Below are positions 36,330 through 40,407 of a stretch of DNA of 40,407 nucleotides, piece after piece (position 1 is the first letter of the stretch; each line of letters starts with the position of its first letter). Under the pieces are notes generated by a model that saw nothing but the letters and a program-made list of their open reading frames with translations, was not told the DNA's origin and ran no database searches. Position numbers and translations under genes: made by a program. The stretch is from the sequence record SRR31156797_3245. The stretch is one strand, 5' to 3'.

Positions 36330-37829
36330 TCACCCCACCGCCGCCTTTCTAATTTCTCCGCCCACGTTCACCCTGGCCAGCGCCTCCGCCCACTGAGGCG
36401 GAACCGAATTCCCGCACAGCCGCACCTGGGCCGTCTTGCTCAACCGCCGGCCGTTCACTTCCACATCAATCTGGTATGAATCCGGAAATCCCTGGGCCCT
36501 GAAAAGCTCCCGCGCATTCAACATCCGCATGCCGATATCCACAATCTCATAATTCTCACCCGCTACCGTCACCAGGCCCATTCTGTCTTTCGTCGTGGCC
36601 GTGGCCATCGGATCATTCAAGCTCTGGCCGTCTCCAACCCCGTAATACTTGGTCAAAAACGCCCGCACTTCAGCCAAATGACCGCCCCCGGCGCAAACAG
36701 TCGGAAACGGCAATGGAAGCTGCTGACCATGCCGGCATGTTCCCTTCATTTTCATCAAGTGCGAAGTCACAAGCTGCTGTTGAGTTCCCCGGGCCGTGAT
36801 CGTCGAAAGAGGCCCTCTCACATCATGGCCTGTCCGGCCAGTGTTGTGTTGAGCCATAAAAGCTGTCACCAGGGCAGATTTACCCCCGCCCCCGGCGGTC
36901 GTAGTCCCGACCGGTTCATTACAACCGCTCCCGACAGACCGCCCGAACTGCCGGGACAAAAACGCCTGCACCAGCCCGAACCTGTTTTCCGTGGTCTGAG
37001 TCGCCAATGGCTGATGAATCCCGCTCCCCCGGAATTCGCCATCCCTTTTTAAACCGTAATAATTGATAATGAAAGGATCGCCCGTATCGATCACAAATTT
37101 CTGAATCCCCCGCGCAATCCTTTTTAAAGTGTTCTCCGCCAAAGGCCGCCGGACGTTCAATTCCTTCGCCTCTTCCTTGCTCAGAAATATACTCGGGCAA
37201 GCTAAACTGAAATCAATGCACTCCGACGCCGCCCGGTAAGGAATCAACCCCGGCCCGTGGCTCGGCTCCGGCCACACGATCGGCAAATGGTCACACCTGG
37301 CCACCAAAAAGAACCTTTTCCGAATCGTCGGGGCGCCGTAATCGCACGCCCGCAGCTCCCTGGATTCAACCCGATACCCCAGCCGCTCCAGCGCCCCCAC
37401 CCAGGAATTGAAAGTCAATCCCTTCCGCCTTAAATCCGGAATCCCGTCCACCACAGGCCCCCAGGTCCTGAACTCTTCAACATTTTCAAGGATAATAATA
37501 TTGGGCCGCACCAACCGCGCCCACTTCCACACCACCCAGGCCAGCGCCCGAATGTTTCGGTCCGCCAGGGCCTTGCCCTTGGCTTTACTAAAATGCTTGC
37601 AGTCCGGGCTTGCCCATAGAAGCTCCACATCCCGGCCGCCCACAGCCTCGACCGGATCCACGGCCCATATATTTTCGCAAAAATGCCGCGTTCCCGGGTG
37701 ATTCGCCCGGTGAACGGCAACCGCCTCCAAGTCATGATTAATGGCAATATCCGGCGCCAGCCCGGCCCATTCCAAACCCAAACTCGCGCCGCCACCCCCC
37801 GCGAAAAGATCCACAACCAACCCGGTCAA
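36330..37829 (-). CDS. C5 DNA cytosine methyltransferase
   Basis: DLFAGGGG, ASPDC, LENV, R.R.F, QGFP and GNSV motifs. Confidence 0.93.
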   Translation of the reverse strand: MTGLVVDLFAGGGGASLGLEWAGLAPDIAINHDLEAVAVHRANHPGTRHFCENIWAVDPVEAVGGRDVELLWASPDCKHFSKAKGKALADRNIRALAWVVWKWARLVRPNIIILENVEEFRTWGPVVDGIPDLRRKGLTFNSWVGALERLGYRVESRELRACDYGAPTIRKRFFLVARCDHLPIVWPEPSHGPGLIPYRAASECIDFSLACPSIFLSKEEAKELNVRRPLAENTLKRIARGIQKFVIDTGDPFIINYYGLKRDGEFRGSGIHQPLATQTTENRFGLVQAFLSRQFGRSVGSGCNEPVGTTTAGGGGKSALVTAFMAQHNTGRTGHDVRGPLSTITARGTQQQLVTSHLMKMKGTCRHGQQLPLPFPTVCAGGGHLAEVRAFLTKYYGVGDGQSLNDPMATATTKDRMGLVTVAGENYEIVDIGMRMLNARELFRAQGFPDSYQIDVEVNGRRLSKTAQVRLCGNSVPPQWAEALARVNVGGEIRKAAVG

Positions 37830-38050
37830 AACAACTCTCCCTGCCGCACTTCCATTTTCAGCCGCCTCTGCTTTTTAACCGCCCCCGAATCCTTCCGTGG
37901 GCATTTCTCCACCATGGCCACCCGGCATTTCATCAGCCCGCAATAAAGCTCCGACGCCCACCCCCACTTCCCGATCCACACATCCTTCCGCCTCAAATCC
38001 GGACACCGCCCACTCGCCAGCACACACAGGTTCCCGGCAAACTCGGTCAT
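37826..38050 (-). CDS. Hypothetical Cys-containing protein
   Basis: Coupled overlaps on both sides, ends QGELF. Confidence 0.5.
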   Translation of the reverse strand: MTEFAGNLCVLASGRCPDLRRKDVWIGKWGWASELYCGLMKCRVAMVEKCPRKDSGAVKKQRRLKMEVRQGELF

Positions 38051-38331
38051 GTAATTTCTTCCGCGTAATAAACAGGATCAAGCCGGCCTCTAACCTTAAA
38101 ACTCTTGGTTTCGTTTTCCGGACTGGTGACCTTGACCTCCATTTCAAAGCCATTAAGCAGATGATAATCTCCATTGTCCCAATATCTGGCAAAGTTCACC
38201 GCTGCATCCTCGGCGTCAATTCCTCGAAACCGTTTCTCAGAATCTTCATACTCAACGATAAATAACGGCGGGCATTTATGATTTTCATCATTAAAAAACC
38301 AGTTCCCGCATATCTCACAAAACGGCATCAT
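38047..38331 (-). CDS. Hypothetical protein
   Basis: CxxC...HxC N-terminus, operon coupling. Confidence 0.55.
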   Translation of the reverse strand: MMPFCEICGNWFFNDENHKCPPLFIVEYEDSEKRFRGIDAEDAAVNFARYWDNGDYHLLNGFEMEVKVTSPENETKSFKVRGRLDPVYYAEEIT

Positions 38332-38861
38332 TCACCCCCGAACCTGTCCTCAAAATATTCCCGAACAACGCCATACCCGGCCCACTCGAACCGAGCCGCC
38401 TCTTTTGCTTTAAAAAGTTTTCTGTTTTCTTCCATTTTGCCCATTGCGTTGATCGCCACGTCTCGAACATAAACAGGGCGTAGCAGGTCAAGCATTGCCA
38501 GGCTTACCAGATATGATAATTCGGCCTTTTTTGCAGGATTGCGGTATTCATCCCCAAACCAGTCCTTGCGCACCGTATAACCGAAATGAGAACCGGAAGG
38601 CCTCGGGCTCACCCATAAACCTGCGTTCGGGTCAGGCGTCGTCAAATACCAGCTGGCAATTTCCTTTCGAGGATCCGACCCCCAAACCGATGGACCAAAC
38701 CGCCTGAACATGTAGACAAACAGGCTTCCGCAATCAACATCGCCCAAGGTTTTTCCGGCCACGTCCGGCGTGTCGATTAAACCGAACTTCGCGCCCGTCC
38801 ATTCATTTTCATTCACCGGACTTATCCAGGCCTCGGTTCTCCATTCCCGAAAGTTAATCAC
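38328..38861 (-). CDS. Hypothetical protein
   Basis: Probable GTG start at 38861 overlapping the upstream TGA, with GGAGG RBS. Confidence 0.55.
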   Translation of the reverse strand: MINFREWRTEAWISPVNENEWTGAKFGLIDTPDVAGKTLGDVDCGSLFVYMFRRFGPSVWGSDPRKEIASWYLTTPDPNAGLWVSPRPSGSHFGYTVRKDWFGDEYRNPAKKAELSYLVSLAMLDLLRPVYVRDVAINAMGKMEENRKLFKAKEAARFEWAGYGVVREYFEDRFGGE

Positions 38862-39973
38862 ACCCCCACCTCCGGAAACTGATTCCACACCCTGCCATCC
38901 AAAAACCTGCCGGCCTTCTTCTTGGTAACCCTCCGCATGGCCGTCACCCGTTCGCCATGAAAACCTTGTCCGCCCTCCAGGTTGACCCACCGCTCATAAT
39001 TGGCCGTTAATTCCGGTATGTTTCGCCAATCCGGATCATCCACGTCCCGGTCGTAAAACAGCGCCCACTCCCCCCATTGCTTAAAAAGGAAATCAACGCC
39101 GGCAGCCTGGCAGTCATCCCTCAACTTCCGGGGCCAATCAATATGAAGAGGCTGTACATACTTTCCCGGCCCGCTTTCCCCTTCGCAAATCACCCAATTC
39201 AGGGAGTGCTGCCACCATTCTTGCGAGTAATAATCCGCGCAATTACACACATCGTCATCGGTGAGATATTTATTCTTTGATTTCCCGCCGCACCTGGCGC
39301 ATTGCCAAAAAGTCTGGTCTCCATTGGCGCCGGCCAGCCACGGACTTACATCCACCATGCCCAGCATCGGCCCGATGGAGACGCCCCTGTACCGAAACGG
39401 CGTCTCCAACAACACCGGAATTCTTTTCTGAGCCCATTCCTGATTCTCCGCCGTCACCATCCCGATCAAATTCGGCAGCGGGAAAATCTCATCAACTCTT
39501 TCGGGTAAAAGTTCATCGACCGCGTCAGTGATTCTGCTATAAGTTACCGGGTGAATATATCCATCCCCGGCCTTGGCCCACCGCCGGACCAACTCAACCG
39601 GATCAGCGGAAAAATATTCCTTCATCCGGTCATGCCGCTTTGTCAGGATAATGAATTTATGCTTTAAACTAACAATGTAACAACCCAGAATGATTGCAAT
39701 AACAGTATCGATATTGAGGTTCCCCACATCCTCGTGGAACAAGTCCCCCATCGAACAAACGAAAACCCACTTGGGCTTCCGCCACCTCAAAGGCTGCTCA
39801 AGCCTGTTAAAGTGGAAAAACAACGAAAACGGATCATCCGCCGGATACCCCGCCCGCCCGGCCAGCCGCTTGGCCATCCTCTCAGCGTAGCAATTCCTGC
39901 ACCCCACACTTATCGGACTGCACCCGGTTATCGGGTTCCAGCTCTCCGACGCCCATTCAATCTTTGTCGGCAT
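38858..39973 (-). CDS. Phage Gp37/Gp68 (DUF5131) radical-SAM-like protein
   Basis: TKIEW...WNPITGCSPISVGCRNCYA, FVCSMGDLFH, LTKR, WVI..GESG and FKQWGEW motifs. Confidence 0.9.
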   Translation of the reverse strand: MPTKIEWASESWNPITGCSPISVGCRNCYAERMAKRLAGRAGYPADDPFSLFFHFNRLEQPLRWRKPKWVFVCSMGDLFHEDVGNLNIDTVIAIILGCYIVSLKHKFIILTKRHDRMKEYFSADPVELVRRWAKAGDGYIHPVTYSRITDAVDELLPERVDEIFPLPNLIGMVTAENQEWAQKRIPVLLETPFRYRGVSIGPMLGMVDVSPWLAGANGDQTFWQCARCGGKSKNKYLTDDDVCNCADYYSQEWWQHSLNWVICEGESGPGKYVQPLHIDWPRKLRDDCQAAGVDFLFKQWGEWALFYDRDVDDPDWRNIPELTANYERWVNLEGGQGFHGERVTAMRRVTKKKAGRFLDGRVWNQFPEVGV

Positions 39974-39978
39974 CCCTG

Positions 39979-40320
39979 CTAATTCCCCCTTTGCTCAGTC
40001 TCCCGCCGCGTCGGATATTTCCACAACTCGCCGGCAGCCCTTATTCTGTAATAACAATCCGCCTTCAGCCCACGCCCCAAAATCTCCCCGGGTTCGCCGC
40101 AGCACGCACACCGCTTCACCGGCCTTATCTGCAAAGGTCTCGGATATTTCTTTTTCCCCTTCTCCGGATCCGGTTTCCCGGCCCGTTCGCAGTCCACGCA
40201 CAGATCCGGCCTCAACCTCGAGTACTCCACACACGCCGCCGGCGTTACCTTCGCACGGAACCTTTTGCACTCCACCAGGTCCCGCTGCGCCAGCCACGCT
40301 TCCGCCTCCAGACTCATCAC
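39979..40320 (-). CDS. Hypothetical Cys-rich protein
   Basis: Several Cys pairs, a C..C......GRGL...CY motif, GGAGG RBS. Confidence 0.55.
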   Translation of the reverse strand: MMSLEAEAWLAQRDLVECKRFRAKVTPAACVEYSRLRPDLCVDCERAGKPDPEKGKKKYPRPLQIRPVKRCACCGEPGEILGRGLKADCYYRIRAAGELWKYPTRRETEQRGN

Positions 40321-40406
40321 ATCGCCTCCACGCTCGGCAGCTCGATATCCGCCGGAATCTCCGCCATCATTTTCAAAAGCCTGGCACTCGGCTTGAACTT
40401 TATTCT
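40317..40406 (-). CDS. 3' end of upstream gene, possibly HU/IHF-like
   Basis: RIKFKPSARLLKMMAEIPADIELPSVEAM*. KFKPS..L resembles the HU/IHF C-terminal motif, but only 29 aa are visible. Confidence 0.3.
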   Translation of the reverse strand, partial: RIKFKPSARLLKMMAEIPADIELPSVEAM

Positions 40407-40407
40407 C

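Larger units (their letters stand above)
1..40407 (-). mobile_element. Tailed phage/prophage genome segment (siphovirus-like; Mu-like head genes, GTA-like tail tip)
   Basis: Co-oriented terminase, portal, capsid, tail, lysis and replication genes span the window. No host housekeeping genes or att sites were seen. Confidence 0.95.

Noticed and set aside
1-40407. CRISPR array, tRNA, diversity-generating retroelement, transposase or att sites
   Set aside because: No repeat-spacer array, cloverleaf, reverse transcriptase, TR/VR pair or DDE transposase was recognised by eye. Dedicated scans were not run.

Overview
The whole window is a segment of a tailed (siphovirus-type) phage or prophage genome, encoded almost entirely on the minus strand. 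From right to left it holds: an early/replication block (Gp37/Gp68, C5 and N4/N6 DNA methyltransferases, Fe-S PAPS-reductase-like protein, ASCH-like protein, replication initiator plus DnaC-like ATPase, NUDIX, small tyrosine recombinase, HTH); a lysis block; a PP-loop ATPase/ParB pair before the terminase; Mu-like head genes with a portal-MuF fusion and a lambda gpE/gpD-like capsid; a non-contractile tail with a GTA-like tip; and finally three glycosyltransferases plus a SAM methyltransferase. Three plus-strand 'moron' inserts have their own sigma70-type promoters. Two signals stand out. (1) Four separate virion genes end in a codon-diverse poly-Thr tail closed by (A/T)P-stop, and the same late gene run ends in a cytoplasmic glycosyltransferase/methyltransferase cassette: a candidate tag-directed virion O-glycosylation system. 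(2) Two unannotated basic micro-peptides, both ending GxGKGG-stop and sharing an identical 16-nt RBS/start block, sit directly upstream of the PP-loop ATPase/ParB pair, and the second is translationally coupled to it: a candidate ubiquitin-like peptide activation/ligation system. Family calls come from motif recognition by eye; no database searches were run.
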